64,000 bases of DNA from an uncultured Actinomycetes bacterium (GCA_963755025.1 CAVWIH010000014.1:256001-320000); one strand, 5' to 3'; shown: positions 50,588 to 61,060, counted from the stretch's first letter. Numbers and translations are program-made. Notes: generated by a model not told the origin, from the letters alone.

Positions 50588-52278
50588 GACGCACTTCCTT
50601 CGCTTGGGTCGCCGTCGGGCGCCACGGCGAGCACGCCGTCGCGAGCCGAGACGAGGCTCTGCGCGAGCTCGCGCAACTTGTACTTCTGCACCTTGCCCGA
50701 CGCCGTCAGCGGGAACTCGTCGACGAAGAAGACGTACTTGGGCGTCTTGTAGCGGGCCAGGCGGGCGCGCGCGAACTCTTGCACGTCGGATTCGCTCAAG
50801 TCGGCGGCGGCGGCGCGCCGCACGAAGGCGCCCACCACCTCGCCGTATTTGGCGTCGGGCACGCCCACGACCTGGGCGTCTTCGACGCCCGGCATGGTGT
50901 AGAGGAACTCCTCGATCTCGCGCGGGTAGATGTTCTCGCCGCCGCGGATGATGATGTCTTTGATGCGGCCGGTGATGCGGTAGTAGCCGTCGGCGTCGAT
51001 CGTGCCGAGGTCGCCGGAGTGCAGCCAGCCGTCGGCGTCGATCACCGCGGCCGTCGCCTCGGGCATGTTGTAGTAGCCCTTCATCACGTTGTAGCCGCGG
51101 CAGAGGAACTCGCCGGGCTCGTCGGGCGCGCAGTCCCTGCCGGTGCGCGGGTCGACGACCCGCACCTCGACCTCGAGGCTGGCGGTGCCGACGGTCTCGC
51201 ACTTGCGCTCGAGCGTGTCGTCGGCCGACGTCTGCATGAACACCGGCGACGCCTCGGTGAGGCCGTAGCAGATGGTGAGCTCGGCGGCGTGCATCTGGTC
51301 GATCACCTGGCGCATGGTCTCGATGGGGCACGGGCTGCCGGCCATGATGCCGGTGCGCAGGCTGGTGAGGTCGAACATCGAGAACATGGGGTGGGCCAGC
51401 TCGGCGATGAACATGGTGGGCACGCCGTAGAGCGCGGTGGCCCGCTCCTTCTGCACGGCGGCCAGCACGAGCAGCGGGTCGAAGGCCTCGATCATGACCA
51501 GCGTGGCGCCGTGCGTGAGGGTGGCCAGCACGCCGAGCACGCAGCCGAAGCAATGAAAGAGCGGCACGGGCAGGCAGACGCGGTCGGCCGGGCCCAGGTT
51601 CTGGCGGTCGCCGATGTAGTAGCCGTTGTTCAAGATGTTGCGGTGGGTGAGCATGACGCCTTTGGGGAATCCGGTCGTGCCCGAGGTGTACTGCATGTTC
51701 ACGACGTCGTCGTTGCCGACGACCGCCTTGGTGGCGACGAGCTCGGCGTCGTCGCTGTGACCGCCCAGCAGCAGCAGCTCGGGCACGGTGTACATGCCGC
51801 GATGCTTCTCGGGGCCCAGGTAGATGAGGCTCTTGAGCGCCGGGAATTCGGGCGAGTCGAGGCTGCCGCGGGCGTGCGAGAGCGACTCGGGCACGAGCTC
51901 GCGCACGATCTCGACGTAGTCGACGTCGCGGAAGGCGTCGATGATGCACAGCGCCTTCATGTCGGACTGCTTCATGACGTAGGCGAGCTCGTGGCTCTTG
52001 TAGACCGGGTTCACGGTCACCAGCACCACGCCGATCTTCGCCGTGGCGAACATGAAGGTGAGCCAGTCGGGCACGTTGCGCGCCCAGATGCCGAGGTGAT
52101 CGCCACGGCCTATGCCGATGGCGAGCAGGCCCTTGGCGAGGCTGTCGACGCGCTCGTCGAACTGGGCGTAGGTCCAGCGCAGGTCGCGGTCGGGGAACAC
52201 GACGAACTCGCGCTCGGGATCGGCCGCGACGATGCGCTCGAAATACGCGCCGATCGTGTCTTCAGTGTGCAGCGCCAC
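50584..52278 (-). CDS. AMP-binding acyl-CoA synthetase
   Basis: [33 protein letters not shown]. Confidence 0.95.
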   Translation of the reverse strand: MALHTEDTIGAYFERIVAADPEREFVVFPDRDLRWTYAQFDERVDSLAKGLLAIGIGRGDHLGIWARNVPDWLTFMFATAKIGVVLVTVNPVYKSHELAYVMKQSDMKALCIIDAFRDVDYVEIVRELVPESLSHARGSLDSPEFPALKSLIYLGPEKHRGMYTVPELLLLGGHSDDAELVATKAVVGNDDVVNMQYTSGTTGFPKGVMLTHRNILNNGYYIGDRQNLGPADRVCLPVPLFHCFGCVLGVLATLTHGATLVMIEAFDPLLVLAAVQKERATALYGVPTMFIAELAHPMFSMFDLTSLRTGIMAGSPCPIETMRQVIDQMHAAELTICYGLTEASPVFMQTSADDTLERKCETVGTASLEVEVRVVDPRTGRDCAPDEPGEFLCRGYNVMKGYYNMPEATAAVIDADGWLHSGDLGTIDADGYYRITGRIKDIIIRGGENIYPREIEEFLYTMPGVEDAQVVGVPDAKYGEVVGAFVRRAAAADLSESDVQEFARARLARYKTPKYVFFVDEFPLTASGKVQKYKLRELAQSLVSARDGVLAVAPDGDPSEGSAS

Positions 52279-52290
52279 GATCCGGGGCTC

Positions 52291-52866
52291 TCAGAAGGGG
52301 GCGTAGATGACGGCGAGGATCGTGGCTGCGGCTGTACCGGCCGCGCGCACCTGGTGCGGCACGATGGAGTCGTAGTAGATGCTGTCGCCGACACCGAGCA
52401 CGTGGAGGTCTTTGCCGTACTCGATCTCGATGCTGCCGTCGAGGACGTAGATGACCTCTTCGCCCTCGTGGCTCGACAACGCCCGCGCGGCGCCGGCCTG
52501 CACGACTATGCGAAACGGCTCCATGTGGCGCGCGCTCTTGCCGGCGGCCAGCGAGAAGAACTCGAGCTGGCCGCGGTCGGGGGTGCCGGTCTCGAGGCTG
52601 CGCAGGCGGGCGATCGACTCGCTCTCTGCGCCGCGCGTGACGACGGGGCCCATCTGGGTGTCGTCGTCGAGCAGGGTGCCCAGCCGGCAGCCGAGCGCCC
52701 GCGTGATCTTGATGAGCGGCGCCAGCGACGGGGCCAGCTCACCGGCCTCGAGCTGCTCGATGACGGCGACGTCGCAGCCGCTGCGCTCCGCGACCTGTTC
52801 GACGGTCAGCCCGAGCGAGTCGCGCAGCGTCGTCAGCTTCGCGCCCGTTCGTGTGTCGTGCGCCAT
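52291..52866 (-). CDS. XRE-HTH + cupin transcriptional regulator
   Basis: HTH at the N-terminus; HMEPF..HEGEE..YYDSIVPH cupin. Confidence 0.93.
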   Translation of the reverse strand: MAHDTRTGAKLTTLRDSLGLTVEQVAERSGCDVAVIEQLEAGELAPSLAPLIKITRALGCRLGTLLDDDTQMGPVVTRGAESESIARLRSLETGTPDRGQLEFFSLAAGKSARHMEPFRIVVQAGAARALSSHEGEEVIYVLDGSIEIEYGKDLHVLGVGDSIYYDSIVPHQVRAAGTAAATILAVIYAPF

Positions 52867-53089
52867 GGGTCGGTCCCTTTGTTCCCGGGCCCGCGTGTCG
52901 TGACCACCCGGGCAGGTCGGTGCGCGCTCGTCGCAAGCCGCGCTCAAAACCGGCCCGCCGCGCTCGTACAGTCCTTAGGATACCTGACCACGCAAGCGGC
53001 CGCCGCCTCGGCTGAGCGGCCGCTCGGCCACGGTCGAAGGGGCGCGGCGCGAGCGAGCGTTTGCCGCGCCGATGAGGCGGCTGTACGAT

Positions 53090-53105
53090 ATACCCCTCAG
53101 GGTAT
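53090..53105. promoter_or_regulatory. CsoR/CstR-type operator, copy 3
   Basis: ATACCC-CTCA-GGGTAT upstream of rhodanese copy 2. Confidence 0.75.
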
Positions 53106-53134
53106 TATGACGACGACAGGATGGGGTGTGTACG

Positions 53135-53206
53135 ATGGCAGCGACCGTCTCCTTTGACGCGATGCCGGCGCGTGGCTTTCGGGCCGCGCTCGGCCGCAGG
53201 GGTTAG
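53135..53206 (+). CDS. putative 23-aa upstream small ORF (MAATVSFDAMPARGFRAALGRRG)
   Basis: TAG 4 nt before the rhodanese GTG, same geometry as 8416-8505. Confidence 0.35.
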   Translation: MAATVSFDAMPARGFRAALGRRG

Positions 53207-53210
53207 CGCC

Positions 53211-53564
53211 GTGTGGCCGTTCCGCCACGGCGCCTCCGCCCCCGCGTCGCCGCCGGCGATCGACGTCGCCGAAGCCGCGGCCCGGGCGCGCAAGGGCGCC
53301 CATCTGGTCGACGTGCGCTCGGGGCGCGAGTTCGCCGCCGGCCACCCGAAAGGCGCGCGCCACCTGCCGCCGGAGAGCATCAAGGCAGGTGAGACCGGCC
53401 TCGCCCGAGACGACGAGATCCTCGTGATCTGCCTGAGCGGGCACCGCAGCGCCGGCGAGGCCAAGCGGCTCGCGGCCATGGGGTTCACGAACGTGGCCAA
53501 CGTCACCGGCGGCCTGCTCGCCTGGCAGCGCGCCGGCCTGCCCGTCACGAAGCCGGGACGCTAG
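53211..53564 (+). CDS. rhodanese-like domain protein, copy 2
   Basis: VICLSGHRS active site; close paralog of 8510-8865. Confidence 0.88.
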   Translation: MWPFRHGASAPASPPAIDVAEAAARARKGAHLVDVRSGREFAAGHPKGARHLPPESIKAGETGLARDDEILVICLSGHRSAGEAKRLAAMGFTNVANVTGGLLAWQRAGLPVTKPGR

Positions 53565-53601
53565 CGGTGCGGCATAAGGCGGAACGTCCGGTGACGGCCC
53601 C

Positions 53602-54378
53602 GTGAACCCGCCCGTGCCCGCCGACCACGGCGAGCTCGCCGCGCTGCTCTCGCGCGCCGGCTTCATCGCCGCCGACGCTGAGGCCGCTGCGTTGCTGGCG
53701 CGCGCCGCCGGCGACGCCGCGCTCCTCGAGGCGCTCGTCGCACGCCGCCTCACCGGCGAACCCCTCGCCTGGGTCACCGGCCGTGTCAGGTTCTGCGACC
53801 TCGAAGTGCTCGTCGCGCCCGGCGTCTACGTGCCGCGCCCGCAGAGCGAGGCCCTCGCCCGGCGCGCCGCCGCCCGCCTGCCTGCCGCAGGCACGGCGAT
53901 CGACCTCTGCACGGGGACCGGCGCCATCGCCATGACCCTGCAGAGCACCCACCCCGCGGCCCGCGTCGTGGCTTCAGATGTCGACGAGCGCGCCGTCGCC
54001 TGCGCTGCCGCAAACGGCGTCGAGGTCTATCGCGGCGACCTCTTCGCCCCGTTGCCGACCGGTCTCGCGGGTAAGGTCGACGTAGTGGTCGGCGTCGTGC
54101 CTTACGTGCCGACGCCCGAGCTCTCCCTGCTGCAGCGCGACACCTTCGCCTTTGAGACCACTCTGTCGTACGACGGCGGTCCGGACGGCGCCGCCATACT
54201 GCGCCGCGTGGTGGCCGACGGCGCCCGCTTTCTGCGGCCCGGCGGCGCCCTGCTGCTCGAGCTCGGCGGGCGACAGGCCGACCTGCTCTCCGGCGACCTT
54301 GCGCGCCTGGGCTACGTCGCCGTCACGCTGCTGGTCGACGACGACGGCGACGCGCGCGGCATCGAGGCCCTGCGCTAG
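53602..54378 (+). CDS. PrmC/HemK-related SAM-dependent methyltransferase
   Basis: RRLTGEPLAW..GVYVPRP..DLCTGTG..DGGPDG; NPPY replaced by VVPY. Confidence 0.85.
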   Translation: MNPPVPADHGELAALLSRAGFIAADAEAAALLARAAGDAALLEALVARRLTGEPLAWVTGRVRFCDLEVLVAPGVYVPRPQSEALARRAAARLPAAGTAIDLCTGTGAIAMTLQSTHPAARVVASDVDERAVACAAANGVEVYRGDLFAPLPTGLAGKVDVVVGVVPYVPTPELSLLQRDTFAFETTLSYDGGPDGAAILRRVVADGARFLRPGGALLLELGGRQADLLSGDLARLGYVAVTLLVDDDGDARGIEALR

Positions 54379-54439
54379 AGTCCGGCCCGGGCGCAACGGC
54401 CGGTCGAAGCGCCCCGACAGGGGTGCGTATACTGCCTCC

Positions 54440-55852
54440 ATGGCCGCTCTCGACCTGCCAGTCGACCTTGCCCAGGAGACCCGGAGCCACCTGGCCAACG
54501 TCGTCGACAACCTGCAGCTGATCGCCGACCTGGGTTACGGCGACGTAGCCCTGGTCGTGCCCGACCAGACGGGCGCGCTCGTCGTGATCGCCGACTGCCG
54601 GCCGAGCACCGCCGCGACCCCGTTCGCCACGTCGCGCGTGGGCCGCGCGCTCACGGCGAGCGAGTCGCCCGAGGCCCTGGGAGCCCTGGAGCGGGGCGCG
54701 CCCGTCGAGGGCGAGCACGAGCGTCGCGCCCACGACATGCGCTACGCGACGCTGGCCTACCCGATCGGCGAGCCCGTCCCGTTCGCCGCCGTCGTGCGCA
54801 GCCTCGCGCGGCACGCCGAGTCGGCTCCCGGAGCCATGGAGAAGGCCTTCATGCGGGCCGCCGAGGCGCTCTTGCGAGCGCTCGCCGCCGGCCCCATCGT
54901 CGACCTGCGCACAGGCGGCGGCTTCGCCACGACACGCCACGCGGGCGACGGCGTCATGCAGGTCGCCCCCACCGGACGCATCGCCTACGCCTCGCCCAAC
55001 GCGGTCAGCATCATGCGGCTGGCCGGCGTCGAGGGCCGCGTCACCGGCATGAGGGCCTCGGCGCTGCCCGGCGGCGTGCTCGGCATCTCACCGACCTTCG
55101 GCGCGCGCGGCGCCATCGCGGTGCAGGCCGAGGTCGCCCAGCGCGTGCTCGACTACCGCTCCATCGCCCTCGACTACGGCACGCTCGTGCTGGTCGAAGA
55201 CCTGACCGAGGCGCGCCGCCGCGAGCGCGAGATCATGGTCAAGCAGGCCACCATCCGCGAGGTGCACCACCGCGTCAAGAACAACCTGCAGACGATCGCC
55301 TCGCTGCTGCGCGTGCACGCGCGACGCACCACGAGCGACGAAGCGCGCAAGGCCCTGGCCGACGCCACCGACCGCGTCACCTCGATGGCCGTCGTGCACG
55401 ACCTGCTGGCGGGCTCCGACGAGGAGCGCGTCGACTTCGCCCAGGCGGCGCGCACCGTCGTCGACCTCGTGCGCCGCGGTCTCGTGGGGGAGGAGTCGCG
55501 CGTCACCGTCTCGGTGAGCGGCGCGACCGGCCAGGTCGACGCGCGCACCGCCACCTCGCTCGCCCTGACGATCGCCGAGCTCGTGCACAACGCCCTCGAG
55601 CACGCCTACGCCCCGGGCGCCGCGGGCAGCGTCGCGCTCGTCCTGCAGCGCCTGCCGCACGAGCTCGAGCTCACCGTGAGCGACGACGGCAGCGGCCTGC
55701 CGGCCGGCTTCGACCCCGCCCGCTCGAGCAACCTCGGCCTCGCCATCGTGCGCGCCCTGGTCGAAGACGACCTGCAGGGCACGCTGCACATGCGCGGCGG
55801 CCCGGGCGGCACGGTCGTCACCGTACGCGTGCCTCTCGCCGGCCCCGAGTAG
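54440..55852 (+). CDS. PdtaS/EutW-like cytosolic sensor histidine kinase (HisKA_2)
   Basis: LQLIADLGYGD N-domain, IREVHHRVKNNLQ H-box, ELVHNA, DDGSG, SNLGL; TATACT -10 box 6 nt before ATG suggests a leaderless mRNA. Confidence 0.92.
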   Translation: MAALDLPVDLAQETRSHLANVVDNLQLIADLGYGDVALVVPDQTGALVVIADCRPSTAATPFATSRVGRALTASESPEALGALERGAPVEGEHERRAHDMRYATLAYPIGEPVPFAAVVRSLARHAESAPGAMEKAFMRAAEALLRALAAGPIVDLRTGGGFATTRHAGDGVMQVAPTGRIAYASPNAVSIMRLAGVEGRVTGMRASALPGGVLGISPTFGARGAIAVQAEVAQRVLDYRSIALDYGTLVLVEDLTEARRREREIMVKQATIREVHHRVKNNLQTIASLLRVHARRTTSDEARKALADATDRVTSMAVVHDLLAGSDEERVDFAQAARTVVDLVRRGLVGEESRVTVSVSGATGQVDARTATSLALTIAELVHNALEHAYAPGAAGSVALVLQRLPHELELTVSDDGSGLPAGFDPARSSNLGLAIVRALVEDDLQGTLHMRGGPGGTVVTVRVPLAGPE

Positions 55853-55896
55853 CGGTACGCTGGCACGGGCCGCCGGCGGGTGGTATCCTGCCGGCA

Positions 55897-55978
55897 CGGC
55901 ACAGTGACGTGCCGCACCAGCCATATCGGTGAGCAACGATGCTCGTCCAGCCCTTGCGGGGCCGGGCGGGCGTTTTTT
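55897..55978 (+). ncRNA. ANTAR-target dual-hairpin leader with overlapping intrinsic terminator
   Basis: P1 CGGCAC-AGTGAC-GTGCCG, P2 GAGC-AACGAT-GCTC (hexaloops with A1 and G4); P2 3' arm begins a GC stem followed by TTTTTT; TGGTATCCT extended -10 at 55881-55889. Confidence 0.85.
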
Positions 55979-55998
55979 CGTTGGGAGGCACCCAGGCC

Positions 55999-57287
55999 AT
56001 GACGTACGACCCGCTGCTCGACCGCATGCCCACGACGCGGACGCCCGGTCGCGGCGCCCGCGCCGACGAGCGGCCCGCGTACCGCGAAGAGGCATCGTTC
56101 AAGATCCCCGGCGGCTGCGGCCTCATGGGCGTCTGCGACGAGTCGGGCGCCGCGCTGCCCGCCGAGCTCGCCGTGCGCGCCATGGCCGTGCAGCGCGACC
56201 GCGGCAACGGCCTGGGCGGCGGTTTTGCCGGCTACGGCATCTACCCCGAGCTCGCCGAGCTCTTCTGCTTTCACCTCATGTTCCACGACACGAAGGCCAA
56301 GGACGAGGTCGAGGCCTTCCTCGCACAGGGCTTCGAGGTCGAGCGCGCCGAGCCCATCCCCACGCGCCCCGTGGCCGGCATCGACGACCCGCCGCTGCTG
56401 TGGCGCTACTTCGTGAGCCCGCGCGCGGCGTCGCTCGAGGGCGGCGCGCTGACCGCCGACGACGTCGTGGTCGCGGCCGTCATGCACGTCAACGCGGCCG
56501 TCGACGGCGCCTTCGTGGCCTCGTCGGGCAAGAACATGGGGGCCTTCAAGGGCGTCGGCTTTCCCGAGGAGATCGCCCACTTCTACAGGCTCGAGGAGTA
56601 CGCCGGCCACACCTGGCTCGGGCACAGCCGGTTTCCCACCAACACCCCCGGCTGGTGGGGCGGCGCGCACCCCTTCACGCTGCTCGACTGGTCGGTCGTG
56701 CACAACGGCGAGATCTCGAGCTACGGCATCAACCGGCGCTACCTCGAACAGTTCGGCTACCGCTGCACGCTGGGCACCGACACCGAGGTGGCGGCCTACC
56801 TGTTCGACCTGCTGCTGCGCCGCCACGGACTGCCGCTGGAGCTCGCCTGCAAGGCGCTCGCCAGCCCGCTGTGGAGCGAGATCGACCGTCTGGGCAAGAG
56901 CGACCAGGCGCTGCTGCGCGCCCTGCGCTGCGTGTACGGTTCGGCCATGCTGAACGGCCCGTTCGCCATCGTGCTGGGCTTCGCCGGCGGCATGATGGCC
57001 CTGAACGACCGCATCAAGCTGCGCCCGCTGGTGGCCGCCCGTCGCGGCTCGATCGTCATGGTGGCCTCAGAGGAGAGCGCCATCTGCGAGGTGCTCGAGG
57101 CGCCCGACGCGATCTGGTCGCCGCGCGCCGGCGAGCCCGTGATCGCTCGCGTAGCGAGCTCCGCCGGCGCGCCGGCCGCCACCCCCACCGTCGCGGCGCC
57201 CGCGAGCGGCGCGGCGCCCGCGAGCGGCGTGGCGCCCGCGAGCGGCGCGGTGGCAGCGGCGCGGCCGCCGTCGCCGCGGTGGGCTAG
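55999..57287 (+). CDS. glutamine amidotransferase class II (GltB1-type glutamate synthase domain 1); probable frameshift in the 3' repeat region
   Basis: GGCGLMG Ntn cysteine, RGNGLGGGF, HSRFPTN, HNGE, GTDTE; a TAG at 57285-57287 in another frame abuts the next ATG. Confidence 0.88.
57193..57246. repeat. 3 x 18-bp tandem repeat
   Basis: Unit GCGGCGCCCGCGAGCGGC. Confidence 0.8.
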
Positions 57288-58811
57288 ATGCCGCCGAGCA
57301 TGGTGCAGCCCGAGTTCACGGTCGCCATCGACGACCGGCGCTGCAGCCGCTGCGGAGGCTGCGTGGCGCAGTGCGGGTGGGGCGTCGTTGCCTTCGACGA
57401 GCGCCCCGTGCCCGACGACGCCAGGTGTCGCGCCTGCCACCGCTGCGTGACGTACTGCCCAAGCCACGCGATCACGATCAAGAGGAGCGAGCTTGCCTAC
57501 GGCGGCAACCAGTTCTGGGCGGCGCCGCTGCGGCGCGCGATCTGGCGCCAGGCAGAGACCGGCGGCGTCATGCTCGCCAGCACCGGCAACGACGGACCCT
57601 ACCCGAGCATCTTCGACCACCTCGTGCTCGATGCCTGTCAGATCACCAACCCGTCGATCGACCCGCTGCGCGAGCCCATGGAGCTGCGCACCTACCTGGG
57701 CGGCCAGCCCGAAGCGGTGGCCGTGGAGCCCGACGACGCGGGCGGCTACCGCCTGAAGGCCGGCGCCGCGGCGAACGTGGGCGCGGGCCACGCCATCAAA
57801 CTCGACACGCCGATCATCTTCTCGGCCATGAGCTACGGCTCGGTCTCGCTCAACGTGCACAAGTCGCTGGCCATGGCGGCCGAGCGCTGCGGCATCGTGA
57901 TGAACTGTGGCGAGGGCGGCCTGCACGCCGACCTGCACCCCCTCAAGGACCGCGTGATCGTGCAGGTGGCGTCGGGGCGCTTCGGCGTCGACCTCGACTA
58001 CCTGAAGCGCGGCGTCGCGGTCGAGATCAAAGTCGGCCAGGGCGCCAAGCCCGGAGTCGGCGGCCACCTGCCCGGCGAGAAGACCGGCGGCGACGTGGCC
58101 ACCACGCGCATGATCCCGCAGGGCTCCGACGCCCTCTCGCCGGCCCCGCACCACGACGTCTACTCCATCGAGGACCTGCGGCAGCTCATCTACTCGATCA
58201 AGGAGACCACGGGCTACAAGCCGGTCGGCGTGAAGATCGCCGCCGTGCACAACGTGGCCGCCATCGCGTCGGGCGTGGTGCGCGCCGGCGCCGACTACGT
58301 CTTTCTCGACGGCTTTCGCGGGGGCACCGGCGCGGCGCCGATGGTGATCCGCGATCACGTCGGCATTCCCCTCGAGATCGCCATCGCCGTGGTCGACCAG
58401 CGCCTGCGCGACGAGGGCATCCGCCAGCGCGCCTCGATCATCGCCGCCGGCTCGATACGCTCCGCGGCCGACATGGCCAAAGCCATCGCCCTGGGCGCCG
58501 ACGTCGTGGCCATCGGCTCGGCGGCCCTGGTGGCGCTGGGCTGCCACCTGTGCGGCGGCTGCCACACGAGCGGCTGCAGCTGGGGCCTGACCACCCACAA
58601 GCCCGAGCTCGCCAGGCGGCTCGACCCCGAGTGGGGCGCCGAGCGCCTCACCAACCTGATCGACGCCTGGAGCCACGAGCTGAAGGAGGTCCTCGGCGCC
58701 CTGGGGGTCAACGCCATCGAGTCGCTGCGCGGCAGCCGCGAACGCCTGCGCGGCGTGGGGCTCGACGCCCAGACCCTCGAGATCCTCGGCGTCAAGCCGG
58801 CCGGACTCTAG
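57288..58811 (+). CDS. archaeal-type FMN-binding glutamate synthase subunit with N-terminal ferredoxin (GltB2)
   Basis: 2x CxxCxxC, SAMSYG, QVASGRFG, KVGQGAKPGVGGHLPG, DGFRGGTGAAP, CHLCGGCH..C. Confidence 0.93.
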   Translation: MPPSMVQPEFTVAIDDRRCSRCGGCVAQCGWGVVAFDERPVPDDARCRACHRCVTYCPSHAITIKRSELAYGGNQFWAAPLRRAIWRQAETGGVMLASTGNDGPYPSIFDHLVLDACQITNPSIDPLREPMELRTYLGGQPEAVAVEPDDAGGYRLKAGAAANVGAGHAIKLDTPIIFSAMSYGSVSLNVHKSLAMAAERCGIVMNCGEGGLHADLHPLKDRVIVQVASGRFGVDLDYLKRGVAVEIKVGQGAKPGVGGHLPGEKTGGDVATTRMIPQGSDALSPAPHHDVYSIEDLRQLIYSIKETTGYKPVGVKIAAVHNVAAIASGVVRAGADYVFLDGFRGGTGAAPMVIRDHVGIPLEIAIAVVDQRLRDEGIRQRASIIAAGSIRSAADMAKAIALGADVVAIGSAALVALGCHLCGGCHTSGCSWGLTTHKPELARRLDPEWGAERLTNLIDAWSHELKEVLGALGVNAIESLRGSRERLRGVGLDAQTLEILGVKPAGL

Positions 58812-58825
58812 GAGAGGCGGGCACG

Positions 58826-59653
58826 ATGGCGTCGGATCCCGTTCCCGCTCCGGTCACCCAGGTCGTCGGCCACCTGCGCACGGCGCCGACGCTGAAGATG
58901 GCCGGCGACACGGCGACCGTCGACTGCCGCGGCGTCTACTACCGCTACGTCAACGAAGCGGTGCGCGGGGCGTTCGAGCAGGGCGCCCGCACCGTGAAGC
59001 TCGCAAACGTCATGGGCCAGCGCTACATCGGGACCGGCCTCCAGGGCGCCGACAAGCGCATCGAGGTGCACGGCACGCCGGGTCAGGACGCGGCCATGTT
59101 CATGGACGGCCCCACCCTCGAGGTCTTCGGCAACGCCCAGGACGGCCTGGGCAACACGATGAGCGCCGGGCGGGTCGTGGTGCACGGCAGCGCCGGCGAC
59201 GTGCTGGGTTACGGCATGCGCGGCGGCCGGGTGTTCGTCGCCGGTGACGTGGGCTACCGGGTGGGCATCCACATGAAGGCCCGCGAGGAGCTGCGGCCGA
59301 TCGTGGTCTGCGGCGGCAAGGCCCGCGACTTCTTCGGCGAGTACATGGCGGGAGGCCTGCTCGTGCTGCTCGGCCTGGACTCGGCCTTCGAGGGGCCGCT
59401 CGCCGGCGGCTACCTGGGCGCCGGCATGCACGGCGGCGAGATCTACCTGCGTGGCGAGGTCGAGCCCTGGAGCTGCGGCGCCGACGTCACGAGCGCCCCG
59501 GCGAGCGACGACGAGATGGGCGCCCTCGCGCCCGTGCTGGCCGACTTCTGCGCCGCCGTGGGGCGCGACGTCGCCGGCGTGCTCTCGGCGCGCTTCACGC
59601 GCATCGCGCCGGCCAGCAGCCGCCCCTACAGCGGGCGCTACGTGGGGCTGTAG
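58826..59653 (+). CDS. GXGXG domain protein (GltB3-type glutamate synthase domain 3)
   Basis: GQRYIG, GNAQDG, GYGMRGG, GEYMAGG, GMHGG. Confidence 0.92.
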   Translation: MASDPVPAPVTQVVGHLRTAPTLKMAGDTATVDCRGVYYRYVNEAVRGAFEQGARTVKLANVMGQRYIGTGLQGADKRIEVHGTPGQDAAMFMDGPTLEVFGNAQDGLGNTMSAGRVVVHGSAGDVLGYGMRGGRVFVAGDVGYRVGIHMKAREELRPIVVCGGKARDFFGEYMAGGLLVLLGLDSAFEGPLAGGYLGAGMHGGEIYLRGEVEPWSCGADVTSAPASDDEMGALAPVLADFCAAVGRDVAGVLSARFTRIAPASSRPYSGRYVGL

Positions 59654-59687
59654 GCCGGCCCGCGGGCCGTCGCCGGCCGCGGTTCGC

Positions 59688-60917
59688 TTACCTGCCGGGC
59701 TCCTCCCGCCCGCCCGGCGACCTCGACGCGACGGCCGCGATCGCCTCGGCGAGCGCCGCCAGCCCCTGGGCCAGCTCCGCCGCCGTGATGGTGAGCGCCG
59801 GGAACACGCGCACCCCGACGCCCTGTGTCTGGCGCACGAAGGTCTTGCGCGCCAGGCACTCGGCGGCCACCGCGCCGGCGGCGGACTCGTCGCGAAACTC
59901 CACGAGCAGCAGCAGGCCGGCGCCGCGTACGTCGGTGACGAGGTCGGGCCAGGCCGCGCGCCAGCGCTCCATCTCGGCGAGCGCCTCGCGGCCGCGCGCC
60001 GCCACCAGCGCCGGCGCGTCGATCTCGATCAGGTGCGAGATCACCGCGCAGGCCACCGCGCAGGCGAGCGGGTTGCCGCAGTAGGTGCCGCCGTGGTCGC
60101 CGAGCTCGAGCCTGCGCGAGACGGCTTCGGTCATGGCGAAGGCGCCCAGGGGGAACCCGCCGGCGATGCCCTTGGCCATGGTGAGCAGGTCCGGCGCGGC
60201 GCCGGGTGGGGTCGCAAAGAACGGGCCCGTGCGACAGAAGCCCGTCTGCACCTCGTCGACGATCAGCAAGGCGCCGCTCGCATGGCAGAGCTCGGCCACG
60301 CCGCGCAGGTAGCCGTCGGGCGGACGGCGCACGCCGCCCTCGCCCTGGACGGGCTCGACGATGACCGCTGCCACTGCCGGGTCGAGCGCGCCGGCGAGGG
60401 CGTCGAGGTCGCCGTAGGGCACGAACCGGTAGCCCGGCATCTGCGGCGCGAACTTGTCGCGGTGGCGCGCCTGCCCGGTCGCCGAGACCATGCTGATCGT
60501 GCGCCCGTGAAAGCTGCCCTCGCACGCCACCACGTCGCGCCGGCCGGTGGCCTTGCGGGCGAGCTTCACGGCGGCGTCGTTGGCCTCGGCGCCGCTGTTG
60601 GTGAAGAAGATGCGCTCGAGGCCCGCCGGCAGCAGGCCGCAGAGCAGCGTCAGCAGCCGCGCCCGCGCCGGCGAGTAGGTGAGGCCGGAGTCGGGGTTCT
60701 GCAGGATGAGCGCGCCCTGCTCGGCGAGCGCCGCCGCGATGGCGGGGTGCGCGTGGCCGATCGACGTGACGCCCCAGCCCGCGGTGAGGTCGAGGTAGCG
60801 CTCGCCCTCTTCGTCCCACACGACGACGCCCTCGCCGCGCACTATGGAGATCGGCGTCTTGGCGAAGAAGGGCGGCATGTGGGCGTTCTCTACGGCGATC
60901 GTCTGCTGGCTGGCCAT
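59688..60917 (-). CDS. argD: acetylornithine aminotransferase (class III)
   Basis: FFTNSGAEAN, SFHGRT, EPVQGEGG, DEVQTG, MAKGIAGG, HGGTYCGNP. Confidence 0.85.
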   Translation of the reverse strand: MASQQTIAVENAHMPPFFAKTPISIVRGEGVVVWDEEGERYLDLTAGWGVTSIGHAHPAIAAALAEQGALILQNPDSGLTYSPARARLLTLLCGLLPAGLERIFFTNSGAEANDAAVKLARKATGRRDVVACEGSFHGRTISMVSATGQARHRDKFAPQMPGYRFVPYGDLDALAGALDPAVAAVIVEPVQGEGGVRRPPDGYLRGVAELCHASGALLIVDEVQTGFCRTGPFFATPPGAAPDLLTMAKGIAGGFPLGAFAMTEAVSRRLELGDHGGTYCGNPLACAVACAVISHLIEIDAPALVAARGREALAEMERWRAAWPDLVTDVRGAGLLLLVEFRDESAAGAVAAECLARKTFVRQTQGVGVRVFPALTITAAELAQGLAALAEAIAAVASRSPGGREEPGR

Positions 60918-61012
60918 CGGTTCCCTCTCGATTCGTGTCCGGTCTGCCGGCCGGCCTTGTCGTGGCGATCGCCCGCCGCCAGGTCTGCCGCCCGCCGGCA
61001 GCCGCGGGCGCG

Positions 61013-61060
61013 CCGGCGTACCCGGATATCGGCGTACCTGGTCACCGGCGTACCTGGTTA
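61013..61060. repeat. 3 x 16-bp tandem repeat
   Basis: CCGGCGTACCCGGATA / TCGGCGTACCTGGTCA / CCGGCGTACCTGGTTA. Confidence 0.7.

Noticed and set aside
50779-53157. Long antisense or alternative-frame ORFs (this 792-aa ORF, also 66-1601, 3959-5821, 31749-33683 and others)
   Set aside because: Shadow ORFs expected in 70% GC DNA opposite well-supported genes; no recognisable motifs
61013-61060. 3 x 16-bp repeat as a regulatory array
   Set aside because: It includes the regulator stop codon and looks like slippage duplication; a similar 17-bp duplication covers the porB stop at 47454-47487
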